The position numbers and the translations under genes are program-made. A stretch of 63,756 nucleotides of DNA, filler included, from Collodictyon triciliatum (Eukaryota): assembly GCA_043381765.1 (NCBI GenBank). It is 32 parts of 32 records of this genome, joined end to end, with 100 filler letters (N's around TTAATTAATTAA, not from the genome) between each part and the next. Parts side by side here need not be neighbours in the genome. Positions count along the whole stretch, not along the records: positions 39,188 to 41,051 come from JBHJMP010010030.1; positions 41,152 to 43,015 come from JBHJMP010010031.1; positions 43,116 to 44,979 come from JBHJMP010010032.1; positions 45,080 to 46,936 come from JBHJMP010010033.1; positions 47,037 to 48,898 come from JBHJMP010010034.1; positions 48,999 to 50,860 come from JBHJMP010010035.1; positions 50,961 to 52,821 come from JBHJMP010010036.1; positions 52,922 to 54,781 come from JBHJMP010010037.1; 24 more parts are not named here. One strand, written 5' to 3'. The first letter of the stretch is position 1, and the number at the start of each line of letters is the position of its first letter. The notes under the pieces are model-generated. The model did no database searches. It was given only the letters and a program-made list of their open reading frames with translations, and was not told where the DNA came from. Below, piece by piece: positions 39,795 through 53,972 of this stretch.

Positions 39795-40905
39795 ATGGCG
39801 CGGATCCCTTCGCTTGTGGACATGATCGGACTCCGTGTTTCCGTGACGACGTTGGTGGACTCAAAGATCGAAGGAGATCTCTTTGCCTACGATTCCAGCA
39901 CTGGCTTGCTTGTGATCCAAGTCGGCAATCGAAACACACCCAAAGAGCGCGACTTTCATGTCCTCCGAGTAAGTTTGCTTAAGTCTGTCGAGGTCGGGCC
40001 CCGCAATGAGGACACGTCCGAGCTGGTTCCGATGGACTTGCCTTCTGTGAACATGGCCCAGGTACTTTTTGCCTTTTTCTTTTTACTTTATTCGTTATTA
40101 TTTATCCTTCAGTTTTCCTTTTCCTTTTCCTTTTCCTTTTCCTTTTCCTTTTCCTTTTCCTTTTCCTTTTCCTTTTCCTTTTCCTTTTCCTTTTCCTTTT
40201 CCTTTTCCTTTTCATTTTCATTTTCATTTTCATTTTTATTATCTCTATTCGACATTTTCTTCGGTGCATAAGCGAAAGCGGGTACGAACTCTACTTCATA
40301 GCACACTTTCTCTGCTTCCCGATAGGCCGAGGAAAAGGAGAGAAGAGCGATCCAGGAAATTAACAAGAAGGTTGGGCGTGGTGTATCTAAAACAGGGCTT
40401 CTTGTTTTCGAAGGAATGAGCAGAACGTATGTGCATTTAATTCGTTATTATTGTATGCCTCATTATTTGTTTATTTTTTTCATGTCAATAACAATGATTA
40501 CAATGTCCCAGTTTGCCCTGTGAGTGGCGAGGCCAGAGTATAGTTGTTTACGGAAAAATCATTGTGCATCCTCCTTACACTCCCGAATCTACCAATATGC
40601 CTCATGGTGGCGACCAGCACGCGCTTGACCGGGTCAAGCTTGTGGTAAGAAAATAAAACAGTCATTATTCACATTATATATGGGCAGATAGAAAAGAGAG
40701 ACAGCACCAATCTGTAGTTGTAATTTTTTTTGAAATCATGACAGTATTCTTCATAAGTTGTAAAGCTTTCATTTTCTCCTTTATTGACTTATGAAATTGA
40801 GATATCAACGAGGGATAATAGCCATCCAAACAGTGTTACTAATTGATGGAACTTGCTCTCTAGGTGGAAAAAATAAGGGCCAAGATTGACCAAACACCAG
40901 CATAA
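39795..40905 (+). CDS. LSM12: LSM12 homologue (Lsm domain plus C-terminal AD domain), complete, 4 exons
   Basis: IGLRVSVTTLVDSKIEGDLFAYDSSTGLLVI ... VGRGVSKTGLLVFEGMSRTLPCEWRGQSIVVYGKIIVHPPY ... ALDRVKLVVEK. Stop TAA at 40903-40905. Confidence 0.9.
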
Positions 40906-40989
40906 TCACTTTTCCTCACGTCATGCGCGTCTTTTTTTACACATACGCGTTGTCGAAAAGAGGACTTAAGGAGTCTGTTTTACCTTTCC

Positions 40990-41051
<62 letters not shown>

Positions 41052-41151
41052 NNNNNNNNNNNNNNNNNNNNNNNNNNNNNNNNNNNNNNNNNNNNTTAAT
41101 TAATTAANNNNNNNNNNNNNNNNNNNNNNNNNNNNNNNNNNNNNNNNNNNN

Positions 41152-41788
41152 CTGGTGTTTCGTCCATCATTTCGATATCCATTTCTTGATTTTGGGTCGT
41201 TCATAAACCTTTGTCTTGATTGAGACTTCGAGCACTTCATCCACGGATGTTTTGTCACGATGTCTCCCTCTGACATTAAAGGACGACGCGTGTTGCCTTT
41301 GGCCTTGTTGTTGGGTTCTGGACTTGTTTTGCACAGACGATTCTGCACGGTTGGCCAGTCTTTAGCGCTGAAGTCGGCTACTTTTGTGTGGAATCCTGAG
41401 GAGCGAGTGGTGGCGTTTTGTTTGTTGGTGGCCGCTTGATTGGTGATCGGTTTTGCATTGGTTTTTTTGTTGTGGTTTGTGGTTTGAACTTGTGTGTCAT
41501 TCCCCTCTTTGTTGGGGAGAGTTGATGAAATGTCAGACTCTTTGAGGGCGCGTATCTCCACGCGACAGCGTTTGCCATGAATGACGACAAAAGTTGGTTT
41601 TTCCCCAATTCTTCCTGTTCTTTGTCATAAGTAACGAGTGCATCATTCATGCATATTCCCCCGGGCTTTGTCCAGTTGACTTTGATTGGGGTGAGGTATT
41701 CACTGCAGGCTTCGAAAATGTCAGTCCAGCTGACACCCAGCGGTATGTTAGACAGGTGCACAACCTTTGTTACAGTTTTTACTGGCAT
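41152..41788 (-). mobile_element. Second degraded LINE ORF1-like fragment
   Basis: VVHLSNIPLGVSWTDIFEAC...GGICMNDALVTY, then after a frameshift in an A-run (~41598) KPTFVVIHGKRCRVEI. Aligns to the 25700-25880 segment. Confidence 0.62.
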
Positions 41789-43197
41789 GGGAGTGTGTTA
41801 GTGGTTGAAGATATGCGAGAATGGAAAATATATCGTAAATTCTTTTTAATAACCAGGAAAGCGACTTTATGACTCTTCGCACGCAAGTTTTATTATCCTA
41901 ATTTAGTATGGATTCGGTCTATAATCGCTGCCAAGAGCAAATTATCTTCATCCCATAGTCACACATTTCATAAGATTTTTCTAAAGCTCCATTTCACATC
42001 TTCATCACCTTCAATTTAAAAACAGCTGTAAATTTTTTTAATAGCTTTTACGTCCTAGTTTTGTTCTGAATTATTCCTCTAAGTTTATAAAACCCAACTG
42101 AAGGCAAGACGCTGCAAAATCTGAAAGTGGAAAACATAACAATTATTCATACCGAGAAATTTACGGATTTTTGCACACATAATTTTAAATATTTATTTAG
42201 GAAAATGCATGAATCTAGATTTTGTATATCCTCATATGTTGCTTCAAATCTATGTACCTTTCTTACGGATATTTTGAAACTTTTTTTACCTTCCATGCGA
42301 TACACCGCCGCCACAAATCAATCGTTATGACAGCCACAAGATTGCTTGAGATTGACATTTCGTTCGCATTGTGGGTCGCTTAAAATTTCTGTATATAAAA
42401 GCCTGTAACAAAATGGATTTTATGTGTCTTTGATTTTCAAAATCAGTGCGATACGGATAAAAATCTAAGACTTTAGTGCACGAAGCGAAAGAAAAGGGAA
42501 GATTCTGTGAAAATTCGACTTCATTGGTTGCATTTTTTGTTTTGTTTTTTCATGATTTTTTTAATTTCACCTTTATTTTTGAATTGTTTTCTGGCAAATG
42601 AACAGCTAAGGGCGAATAAATTTTGAAGAGATATCTTCTCTCTTATTTTGATAATGTTGTGATCAAGTAACACAAAATGATTTCATCAACAAACACACTA
42701 ATAGAAAAACTCAATTAACTTCAAAATTTGAAATATGAATCGAGAATAGGCCATTATTTCATATCATTAGTTTTAATACCATGAAGTCAGGTTTTCTTTT
42801 TATTTGGTTCATTATTGATTATTCAAATATGTTAAGGTTATCAGAGAACAAATAAAAATGGATTTTAATCATGACATAAAAAAACATAAAAAACATAAAA
42901 AACATAAAAAACATAAAAAACATAAAAAACATAAAAAACATAAAAAACATAAAAAACATAAAAAACATAAAAAACATAAAAAAACATAAAAAACATAAAA
43001 AACATAAAAAACATANNNNNNNNNNNNNNNNNNNNNNNNNNNNNNNNNNNNNNNNNNNNTTAATTAATTAANNNNNNNNNNNNNNNNNNNNNNNNNNNNN
43101 NNNNNNNNNNNNNNNATAATAATACTAATAATAATAATACTAATAATAATAATACTAATAATAATAATACTAATAATACTAATAATACTAATAATAC

Positions 43198-43244
<47 letters not shown>

Positions 43245-43245
43245 C

Positions 43246-43340
<95 letters not shown>

Positions 43341-43410
43341 TTTATGTTTCACAGATGATAAAGGCAGAGTCGGTAATGTGAAGAATTTATTGTGGGATTG
43401 CAATTCGTAC

Positions 43411-43830
43411 GTCAAGTTCTCTGATAGTTGCGCCGACCAGTGGAAATGATCCTTTGGCTTTTTTTCGCTCTCCGGCCTACCATTAATTGATTTACATATC
43501 AAAACTGGACATTAATATTCTACTTTATATGACTCAAATGTTACCAGAAAAAAGAAAAAGAAAAAGAAATAGGTCAGAGACAACTGAAATATAACCCAGA
43601 AGTGAATGAACCATATTAATAAGAGATTGCAGCGACCACATGAGAGGAAAAAAACGGTACTTGTTTTTTATATATTACACCTTTGAATTCAAAGACATAA
43701 TGAAAACCTGCGAGCGCTCCTTGTAGTAAACAACTTCACCATCGTCGTAAATTACGAACCACCTCTCCTTGTTCGATTTGTACGACTTTCTTCCATATTT
43801 CAAAAGGAGGCCTTCTTTCACGACGGACAT
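43411..43830 (-). CDS. PH-domain protein, first two recognisable exons
   Basis: MSVVKEGLLLKYGRKSYKSNKERWFVIYDDGEVVYYKERSQ / AGERKKAKGSFPLVGATIRELD is a canonical PH N-terminal half. Confidence 0.87.
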
Positions 43831-44931
43831 CTATTAATGATCTTGTGTATTACTTTTCGACGAGGCATTCTTCAAAAAAAAAAAAGGCGAGAGGGAGGTA
43901 GGAAGGACGAAATGGAGAAAGCAAAGGCAACTGTAAAAGAAAAAAGAAAAGAAAAGAAAAGAAAAGAAAAGAAAAGAAAAGAAAAGAAAAGAAAAGAAAA
44001 GAAAAGAAAAGAAAAGAAAAAAAAAGAAAAGAAAAGAAAAGAAAAAGAAAAAGAAAAAGAAAAAGAAAAAGAAAAAGAAAAAGAAAAAGAAAAAGAAAAA
44101 GAAAAAGAAAAAGAAAAAGAAAAAGAAAAAGAAAAACGAAAAGGAACAGAACGTCTCTTCGAGCAAAAACGAGTTGCCAGGCGGGCGAGGCTCTGACAGT
44201 GTTTCAATCGGGCCTGTGAGGCGCTTGCGTCATTGGCTGCACGCGAGAGAAAGGAAACAAAACGCCTGTGCTGTTCATACCAAATGTGGACCGCATCCAT
44301 GAAATTTACTCTCCACGTGTTGGGACTCTGGTTGTCGAAGGCAAAGCGACACAGAAAGATTTGCAATCATGATTCGTTGCAATCTAAATCTAAACCAAAG
44401 TGTCCATACCAACCACGGCTTTTACTAGCCCAAAAAGATAAGGAGTTTCTGAGGCAAAAAAGTCACATTGCATTCAATAGCGGAAAAGGCATGCAGGGAC
44501 GCTGCTTTATGGCGGTGGAGAGACAGCGCCACGCAGAACACCAGGGCAGAAGATATGGCGGGCTCGAGGGGGGAAGAGGAGGGAGTCTTTCGGCCCTAGG
44601 GCATGATTTCCACAAAAGCGCATCCATTTCAAAAAGGTGATTGATGGACGCCGCAATTCCAATCGCGGCATTTGGGAGCAGAGCCGCTGTGATTCATTTG
44701 GGTTCGGGCGATCTGTCGGCTCCAATCGGCCTTTGCGCCGGCCGTCCTTGTGCGGGTCTGTGGTTCTGCACACGTCTTTATTTCGGGGCCGCGTGTGCCG
44801 GGCTCTCCGGCCGAGATTGCTGCGCGGTCGGCGAAAGGCCACCGGCGGCTGTTTCCGTGTCCGCGTCGGGCATGGGCGAGAGGCAGCCTCCCGTGCCGTA
44901 GTCAACCCCTCTTAGAAAAACAACAGCAAAC

Positions 44932-44979
<48 letters not shown>

Positions 44980-45079
44980 NNNNNNNNNNNNNNNNNNNNN
45001 NNNNNNNNNNNNNNNNNNNNNNNTTAATTAATTAANNNNNNNNNNNNNNNNNNNNNNNNNNNNNNNNNNNNNNNNNNNN

Positions 45080-45127
<48 letters not shown>

Positions 45128-45770
45128 AAAATGAAAAAAATGAAAAAAATGAAAAAAAAGAAAAAAAGAAAAAAGAAAAAAAGAAAAAAAAAAAAAAAGA
45201 AAAAAGAAAAAAAAGAAAAAAAGAAAAAAAGAAAAAAAGAAAAAAAGAAAAAAAGAAAAAAAGAAAAAAAGAAAAAAAGAAAAAAAGAAATAAAAGAAAG
45301 AGACGAGGCTGGTTGCTCATGTTTTCTTTGTTCTCTGTTCTTCTATTTGCTTTCCGGACCGCTTGGACTTCAACACCAGCCTCCTTTCCACAACCATCAG
45401 AAAAAGTCAGGAGAGGGAGACGAATCGATGCGTTTTGCATCTGTCTGCGTGTTTCATTGTTTCGATTCGCTCAAATAAAAAAAAAAAACAGACAAAACAG
45501 AAATAAGAAGAAAAAATAGTTAAAAAAATTGAATAAAATTTTAGAAAAAAGGGAAAAAAAAGAACCGATCCAGCAAAGACAACGCAATCGTACAGACCCA
45601 AAGCAAAATTGTGGCCCCGAGAAAACCGCATACGAAGGCTTCGGCTTGTGTCTCGAAGCCATGACCTTTCCTTTCCCTTTCATCTTCTGGCTGTTTTCCC
45701 GTCCTTTTTTCTGCTTCTTCTCTTTCCTGCCTAATTGCTTATGCCGAATAGCTGTTGTCTTGTAATGCCG

Positions 45771-46657
45771 ATGGCCTTTTGCTCCAGAGCCCTTTCACTT
45801 TTGCGCCCGACTCTGGGTTGTGTGGCTCACAGCAAAATGCAACCGACGACTTTCCTTGGTCGCTGGTTTGTTGGCTCCTCGCATAGAATGGAAGCGGTTG
45901 CAAAGGCTGACGCTGAAGAAACTAAAGACCGAATATCTAATGAAGATAACATTCTTCTTTCGCTTTTTTCATTTTTCATTTTTCCATTTCTCATTTCTCA
46001 TTTTTTTCATTTTTTCATTTTTTTCATTTTTCATTTCACTTTTCTCCCCACTCCCTTTTCCCTCGAATACTTTCGTCCATTCTTTTCTTATTTGTTACAT
46101 GCATAAAAAGAAAAAAAAAAGAGAAAATATTACACTAACTCGCTTCCCTATCTCTTCTTCGTAATATCAAAACCATCATACACATTCTTTCTACTGGTAA
46201 ATAAAAAAAATCCATGCATAATACATATCCCATTGCCTTATATCCGGATCATTCTAGATTTGCGTGTCCTTGATGTACCGACCAACTGTACAGGATGTGG
46301 TGCAGTCTTTCAAGTAGAAAACTCAAACCAACCCGGGTATTTTCTATCTCAAAAAACGGAAGAAAATTCAATATGCTTGCTTTAGTCTATTATTGAACAT
46401 CATAGAATCAGTCCAAAATGATTATTCAATGGAAAATGATACTTTTTCTTATATTTTCTGATGTATTAGAAAGAATGATTTCTTAATTAAGGAATAAGGA
46501 ATAATACCGAGGACCACACATTTAACTGAGCAATACACATTTCAAGGTACTTGCCATCGAGTGTCGCCATGGACAAAGTTTTCTTTGTATGCCAGCGCTG
46601 TTTCCACCTGAAACATTACAATAAGAATGTCAGCTTATCTTACGACCATTCAAAAAG
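45771..46657 (+). CDS. NOA1/YqeH-family circularly permuted GTPase, N-terminal Zn-finger region; partial
   Basis: CTGCGAVFQVENSNQPG/YLP ... VCQRCFHLKHYNK, spliced at 46337/46547. The upstream basic/hydroxylated segment resembles a mitochondrial presequence. First intron boundary unresolved. Confidence 0.85.
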
Positions 46658-49162
46658 GTTTTCTCTATTTCAAAACTTCCTTCTTATTCGACTATCATCG
46701 CGATGCTTTAAGCTGCTATGAAAATTTTGATTTTGTTGTCGTTTGACAGCCCATAAGGAATAATAGAAAATAAGTTCAACCAACTGATAGCTATATATCT
46801 ATCTATCCGCTCTACATAAAATTCCGATGTATTAAGAAAACCTGACAACTTTAACAAAAAAACAAAACAAAACAAGAAACAAAAACAAAAAACAAAAAAC
46901 AAAAAACAAAAAACAAAAAACAAAAAAAAAAAAAAANNNNNNNNNNNNNNNNNNNNNNNNNNNNNNNNNNNNNNNNNNNNTTAATTAATTAANNNNNNNN
47001 NNNNNNNNNNNNNNNNNNNNNNNNNNNNNNNNNNNNAAAATAAAACAAAATAAAACAAAATAAAACAAAATAAAACAAAATAAAACAAAATAAAACAAAA
47101 TAAAACAAAATAAAACAAAATAAAACAAAATAAAAACAAAATAAAAACAAAATAAAAACAAAATAAAAATCGGAACAAAAACCAAAAAGACCAATTACCA
47201 AAAAGCAACTTTGAAGAAGATTCACACACCATTGAGCCCGGATATATCTCGAAGACTTGACTTATATAGAATTATAAAAAACATGGAATGCGAGCAGTGG
47301 AGGGTATGCTTTTTTCATTTCTTGATTTCTCAACACTAGCCTGATTCTTTGATAGTTCATTTTTATTTCATTATTGGTAGATAGGACTAGGATTGAATCA
47401 TGTTGCCGATGGGCTTTATTCGTTCATAAATCGAAAAACGAAACAAAAATAGTGCTAATTAAGAATATGGATTTTTGAACACTGATAAATATAAAGATCT
47501 GAATACATTGAACAACCATAACCAAGCATAGGAAAGTCTGATGCTATTCACAAAAGTTTTTGGGAAAGTACAGCAACACAGAGAAACAATAGCTACACTG
47601 GCCAAAATGGTGGCGTTTTATGATAAATGGAATATTATTCATCCGGTTAGAGAATTTTTTTTCATATATTCTCGATTACATTTTTTTTACCTCTCTTCAC
47701 CTCTCCCCCTTATCATTCTCTATCTTCCTTTCCTCCTTCCTCCTTTATTAGTATTAAGTATTAGTATTAGTATTTTTATTTCTTGATTTTTTCCAGTTAA
47801 AATGGAGACCAATGATTTATATTCGTAAAAAAAAAAAAAGAAAAGATCTTGAAAAAAATTTAGAAAAGTGAAATTAACTGGTCACTGAGATGCTGTTGAA
47901 ATTTTAGGCTATCATACAGTTGACGAAAAGACACTCAAATTCGAAACTAGACGCGAAAGATGTCTTCGATTGCCTAGTTGAAGATAAAGATTATCTAGTG
48001 AGTATGTTTATAATCTATGTAATCTACGAGCCGTAGGCGATAATGCCGAAAGATGATGCCCAAAGCCCCCTTTTAGATCACTGGTTAAAATTTATTTGCA
48101 TTTTATAAGCAATCAGATAGGAAAATTTGGGGGTTTCATCATTATCTTTCACTGCTAAGAAAGTTGTAATCAAGAAGGGGCTTCTGTGCAAATCGATTAA
48201 ATTTATAAAACGAAAATCCAGGAACTATCAAACTTTCTGAACAGACTCACGAACAGAAAATCGGCTTACTCTAAGGAAATAGAATCACTTCAAAATGATG
48301 AAACCCTCGAAAGGATTAAGATAACAGTATCTGAAGAGCTAAAATTAATCGGAGTGCCCTTATTATATCAAGTATGATGCCTTTGTATACAATTTGCACT
48401 TTCTGCTTCAATTCAAACAATCAGTAATCAAAAGATAGAATGAAATCATTTTTGTAAGAACCTCCAATTTTCAGTTTGAGGAAGACCTTAAAGAGCATAC
48501 GGAAGTTGAATGTGGCACACCATTATGGAAAAAAAGAAAAGGGTTTTACAGAAGGTAAAGTAGGCTGTGAAAGGGGATGAAAGAGTGGCACATGTTAGCA
48601 GCAATATGTTTATAATATAGTTATGATGAATATTTCATAGAATAATCGATGAAACAACTGAGACCGGTTGCAGTAACCTGAATCCTATATTGAGTAATTA
48701 CTGCAATCACGGGGATGCACTTCCGAGTCGCATCCTTGACACCTCGATCCTTCCGAATATTGGGGTTGGTGAATATCAATTGGTCATATAGACATATGTA
48801 GTACATGAAGTATCAAGACAAAAACAAAAAACAAAAAACAAAAAACAAAAAACAAAAAACAAAAAACAAAAAACAAAAAACAAAAAACAAAAAACAAANN
48901 NNNNNNNNNNNNNNNNNNNNNNNNNNNNNNNNNNNNNNNNNNTTAATTAATTAANNNNNNNNNNNNNNNNNNNNNNNNNNNNNNNNNNNNNNNNNNNNAT
49001 ACATACATACATACATACATACATACATACATACATACATACATACATACATACATACATACATACATACATACATACATACATACATACATACACTGCC
49101 ATTATAAGAGAAGGAATCATGATATAACGCTTTCGTTTTAGTTAGAATTTACATAAAGTAAA

Positions 49163-50063
49163 TCAACAAATACCCTGAGTAGAAGCGAAACGACCCAAAA
49201 ACTCTGTGAACTTGCTTTTCGGCATCTCTGTTCCATCGAGCAAATTATCTTTGATCGACCAGACACGGTTAAACTGGTCGGGAAGCGAGCTGTACTTCGT
49301 CAACAAGTTTGCATCTAACCCCCAAAAATAAAATAATTGAAACAATCTTATATTGATAAGAGAATACTGTAAACTAAATAGGATTAATTATAGTAAGATA
49401 AGTGGCGATTCATGATGCATACTCAAATTATTTAATCATAACCACCTCTGGTTTCAAGAAACTGTTTGATATGATTTAGACTGGAGACTCCGATACTGAT
49501 GTTCAGCTCTGGCAACGCTAAAAAAAAAAAGGAAAAAAAAAGGAAAAAAAAAGGAAAAAAAAGGAAAAAAAAGGAAAAAAAAGGAAAAAAAAGGAAAAAA
49601 AGGGGAAAAAAAGGAAAAAAGAAAATAAGAGAAATAGAAAAAATAGAAAAAAGATTATGTAAATGAAACCGGGAATGATATTTCACAAGGCAAAGAAATC
49701 TAGCCACATAGCTACTTGACCCATCTGAATGACGGCAGTTCTTTGAGGTTATCCCAATCAATTGGCCGTTGCTATCGATGAGCGGCCCACCGCTGTTTCC
49801 TTGATGTACATTTGCGCTGGTTAGAATCAACACAGGGGAATCTTTCAATTCCACGATTTGGGATATTATCCCGGTCGAAACGCGAGGCAAGGCATCTAAC
49901 GAGATAAATTGTTAAGTAATCATTTGGGCAATTTTTGGAAAAAAAATATGGCTATTCTGAGTAAAAGTATAATTATATACACTAAGTGAGATTATCATAT
50001 GCACGAGTATTTTACTTATTACGGAATCAGAAGAGAGGAAGAAATATTGAAATAAAGAAAAAA

Positions 50064-50114
<51 letters not shown>

Positions 50115-50625
50115 AGAAAGAAAGAAAGAAAAGAAAAGAAAATAAAGAAATAAATAAAGAAAGAAAGAAAAGAAAAGAAAATGAATTAGATGAATAATCC
50201 ATAATACAAAAATGCACAATTGTAATTGATAGTATTAAATAACATAAATAAAATAATTACCCGTGCCGCTACCAACTAATCCATGACCGATAACACCAAC
50301 TCTTAATCCTTTACGTAAACATGATTTTTGAGAAGTCGGACGAAATCTGCAAAATTGAATAGACAAGTAAATATAATCATAAATTCAAGCTAAGCTTTTT
50401 CTTCACTTTTTCGTATGTGCGCCAATTTTTTTTTTTTTGGAAAGGATTGATTTTATAAAACAATATAAATGGGAGACCATCCCTTGAATCGAATAAAGGA
50501 ACAAAATAAATGGGAAGTCATACACAATAGACGAAAATTTGAACCCCCCTGGCCCTTTAGGTGATATTTGTAAAAGGCATATGTCAAAGTTTGACTTTGA
50601 TGAAAAAAGGATTCTCGATTCGTAC
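49163..50625 (-). CDS. Trypsin-like serine protease, TYSND1/DEG15 (peroxisomal processing protease)-like; C-terminal part
   Basis: FDICLLQI ... VGVIGHGL ... PRVSTGIISQIV...LILTSANVHQGNSGGPLI...LIGITSKN ... PELNISI, with the catalytic Ser in GNSGG. Confidence 0.85.
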
Positions 50626-51240
50626 CTAAATGCATTCACGTAACGAAAACCAAACAAACCAAAACCAAAACCAAAACCAAAACCAAAACCAAAACCAAAA
50701 CCAAAACCAAAACCAAAACCAAAACCAAAACCAAACAAACCAAAACCAAACAAACCAAAACCAAAACCAAAACCAAAACCAAAACCAAAACCAAAACCAA
50801 AACCAAAACCAAAACCAAAACCAAAACCAAAAAAAACAAAAAAACACAAACCAAAACCAANNNNNNNNNNNNNNNNNNNNNNNNNNNNNNNNNNNNNNNN
50901 NNNNTTAATTAATTAANNNNNNNNNNNNNNNNNNNNNNNNNNNNNNNNNNNNNNNNNNNNTCCTCGCCAAGAAGCTCATCCGCCCTGTTGTCCAGTCCAC
51001 CACACAGGCCATCTACACCCGCGCCACCCACTAAATGTGTTGTTTCATAACAAACGCCCCCTACTCCACCCGAAATGACCGACTCCTTCCTCCACCGAGG
51101 CAACGTGACTCCACTCCCTTCTAGTGGCAGTGCAGTTTGTGCGCAGCGGCGGCTTTATTCGGCTCGTACTGCCCCGCAAGGAATCTGGGGCGATGCGCAC
51201 CTCGAGACAAAAATAAGCGGTGCGTGGACCTCCCAGTCGG

Positions 51241-52622
51241 CTAGGCCACTGTCTTCCTGAAAGTAACGTGGGAGAAGGTGCCCACAAACTCGTCGTAGCT
51301 GATCTCTCCGTCTGTGAGCAGAGGAAACAGGCGGATGAGTGTGGTGGCCTTACCTTCAATGTGTCTGACAGGTTCTGATCAACAGGGAGACAGACCTTTG
51401 TTGACGTCGAGAGTCTCCATCAGCGTCTCCACTTCCGTTGCGCTGAACGGCTCGGCGAGTTGCTCGTTCAGAGCACCCAAACCCTGCATAAACTCGTCTC
51501 GCGTGATGGTGCCTGTCGGTGGAGCGATAAAGAGTGTTGTGTGGATTGGGATAAGATAAGAAAAAGGAAAAGAAAAAGAAAAAGAAAAAGGAAAAGGAAA
51601 AGGAAAAGGAAAAGGAAAAGGAAAAGGAAATGAGGGGAAGCAGCGACTTGATTCTATGTGTTTCTATTGCGCTTACCAGAGCCGTCGAGATCCAAGTAGT
51701 AGAACGCGGAGCGCAGGGTTGCGCGATTGCGGAACAGTTTCGAGGCGAAGATGGAGATGAGAGACGAACCCATGGTCTGGAATAAAACGCCATAAGATGT
51801 ATGTATGTATGTATGTATGTATGTATGTATGTATGTATGTATGTATGTATGTATGTATGTATGTATGTATGTATGTATGTATGTATGTATGTATGTATGC
51901 TATGTATGTATGAAGATGTGGTGCGGTGCGTAAAGAAAATAGCATACTTTGCTATCAACAACTTCGACAGCGTGCAGGAATTCATCGCAGCTGATTCTGT
52001 TGTCCGAGTCCGAGTCAAGCAGGTCAAGCAAGTAGCGACTCTAGCAGATTTGGTGTGTTGTGTATGGTTTCAGAGAAATAAATAAAAGTGGATGGCACAT
52101 ATCACCAATTGAATGCGAGGAGCTGGCTCTGGTTACCTGGAATTCGCTCAAGGTGATAGAGAACATGTTCTTTAGAGTTTCAATCAGCTCATCCCGTGTG
52201 ATGTATCCTATTGGCGAATGAGGATATAAGATTCCAAGCTGTCTAATTATAGTTATTTGTAATAATAAAAATGTTTTTTTCCGTTTATTCGACGTTATAG
52301 TAAAAATGATAAAATATTTTATAGGGACTCAGAAGGCTGCAAATGAGGAAATAAAGAGAAAAAAAAAAAGAAAAGAAAAGGAGCTTACCGCTCTGGTCCT
52401 GGTCGAAATGGGCAAAGGCGTCCTTGGCTGAAAGCTATGAAACAAAATTTTGGTACAAACTTATGAGCATTTTTTCACAGGCGAATGAATTTATTACGAA
52501 TGATTAGATAAAATAATCTAAAAATGACTGAGCAATACAGATTTCTCAATAAGCATGTTGCCCAGTTTGTTGACAAGGTCTTCAACTTCAGCAGCCTCAG
52601 ATTCAGAGAGCAAGCGAAGGGT
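51241..52622 (-). CDS. Multi-EF-hand C-terminal region, resembling the PPEF/RdgC phosphatase tail; 5'-incomplete
   Basis: Four loops: DQDQSGYITRDEL, DSDSDNRISCDEF, DLDGSGTITRDEF, DVNKDGEISYDEF. LFRNRATLRSAFYYLD recalls PPEF. No catalytic domain is on the contig. Confidence 0.8.
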
Positions 52623-53282
52623 CTGTATGTTACCCATAAGAAATGATGATTGTATTACTAATTGAGAGGCAAGATTTTCTTTTTGGCCCCGACAGAAATC
52701 GTTACAATAAAAGATAAGAAAAAAAGAAAAAGAAAAAAGAAAAAAGAAAAAAGAAAAAAGAAAAAAGAAAAAAGAAAAAAGAAAAAAGAAAAAAGAAAAA
52801 AGAAAAAAGAAAAAAGAAAAANNNNNNNNNNNNNNNNNNNNNNNNNNNNNNNNNNNNNNNNNNNNTTAATTAATTAANNNNNNNNNNNNNNNNNNNNNNN
52901 NNNNNNNNNNNNNNNNNNNNNTTTCGAAATCAAACTGCGTCATACGACCACAGCGCCGAGGGTTATAAATAAGCACAAAGGTTTTAATTCAGGCAGCGTC
53001 AATGCACAGCAACAAGCCATTTGCCTTGGCCATAGACTTCAGAATACCCCACGGACGTTTGACATGTGAGGATGAAACCCCGGCTGACTGAGACACACGA
53101 AGACGTCGACCTCCTTATCCAACAGACAACCCGCTCAGTGGGTCATCCGAAAGGCTCGGACAAAGACACACAAATATTTTATGCCTATCACCAAAACTGA
53201 GCCTTAGTGCCATCGAAAACACAGCCTTGACACAACTCTGACTCCTAATTCAATGTAGCCAAGTAGCATCAAAGACGGCATA

Positions 53283-53714
53283 ATGAGCGGCAATAGCGGA
53301 GACCTCGACCCAATCCCCCCAGTTGTGGAAGGCGTCGCCTTGTGGTATGTTGCGGCGTTCACTGTAAAGAACTTCCCCAGCGCATTTGGAGCCAACTCGC
53401 CCAATTCAGGCTTCGCCCTTCCTGTCAGCGTCCTGGCTGCGACCGTGCCTTTTGCGTATCTCACCGTGCGCGCCTTGTCCTCTATCAACAAGTGCCAGAA
53501 TAGCGAGCAGGTCTTCCACGGCATCACCTTGGGAACAACCGCAGCTATGTTTTTGGATGGACTGGCCCACGCGCTCACTCCCTATATCTACAATGACAAC
53601 CCTGCTGTGGCAGTGCGAGGCGCCGGCTGGATCTTCTGGGGCGCGGCCTGGTTCATAATCTGGGGCTATGTCCACTCTAAAAACTATCCTCCGCGAAGCT
53701 CAAAGGCGTCCTAG
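53283..53714 (+). CDS. Intronless 143-aa protein with about 4 predicted TM helices, unknown function
   Basis: Clean GC-richer ORF with four hydrophobic segments and an AATAAA at 53766. AMFLDGLAHALTPYIY...GAGWIFWGAA is reminiscent of DUF5367-like small membrane proteins (unverified). Confidence 0.7.
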   Translation: MSGNSGDLDPIPPVVEGVALWYVAAFTVKNFPSAFGANSPNSGFALPVSVLAATVPFAYLTVRALSSINKCQNSEQVFHGITLGTTAAMFLDGLAHALTPYIYNDNPAVAVRGAGWIFWGAAWFIIWGYVHSKNYPPRSSKAS

Positions 53715-53941
53715 GCATTCGCTCACAACCCCAGCCTGACTGCAGTCTTCCGCTCAAAGGAGGAGAATAAATCAAATGCCATTCAAACAATATGCGCTAT
53801 GTGGCCTTTGTCTTGTTTCAAGCGTTTCATTGATTGTATCAAATACTTATGGATGTTTGTCGCTTAGTTTTTTTTTTTTTTTTTTTTTAAAAAAAANNNN
53901 NNNNNNTGTGGTTGTTAATATTTTTTTTTAATATTTTTTTG

Positions 53942-53972
<31 letters not shown>

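Noticed and set aside
44500..44915. GC-rich island with ORFs in several frames
   Set aside because: Stop-poor because of GC content. No motif or RNA structure was recognised; it may be a 5' or promoter region.
52623..52637. MGNIQ as a myristoylated start of a calcineurin-B/NCS-like protein
   Set aside because: The segment ends in ...ACATACAG, which reads equally well as a splice acceptor, and the C-terminus resembles a PPEF tail. The start is not supportable without transcripts.
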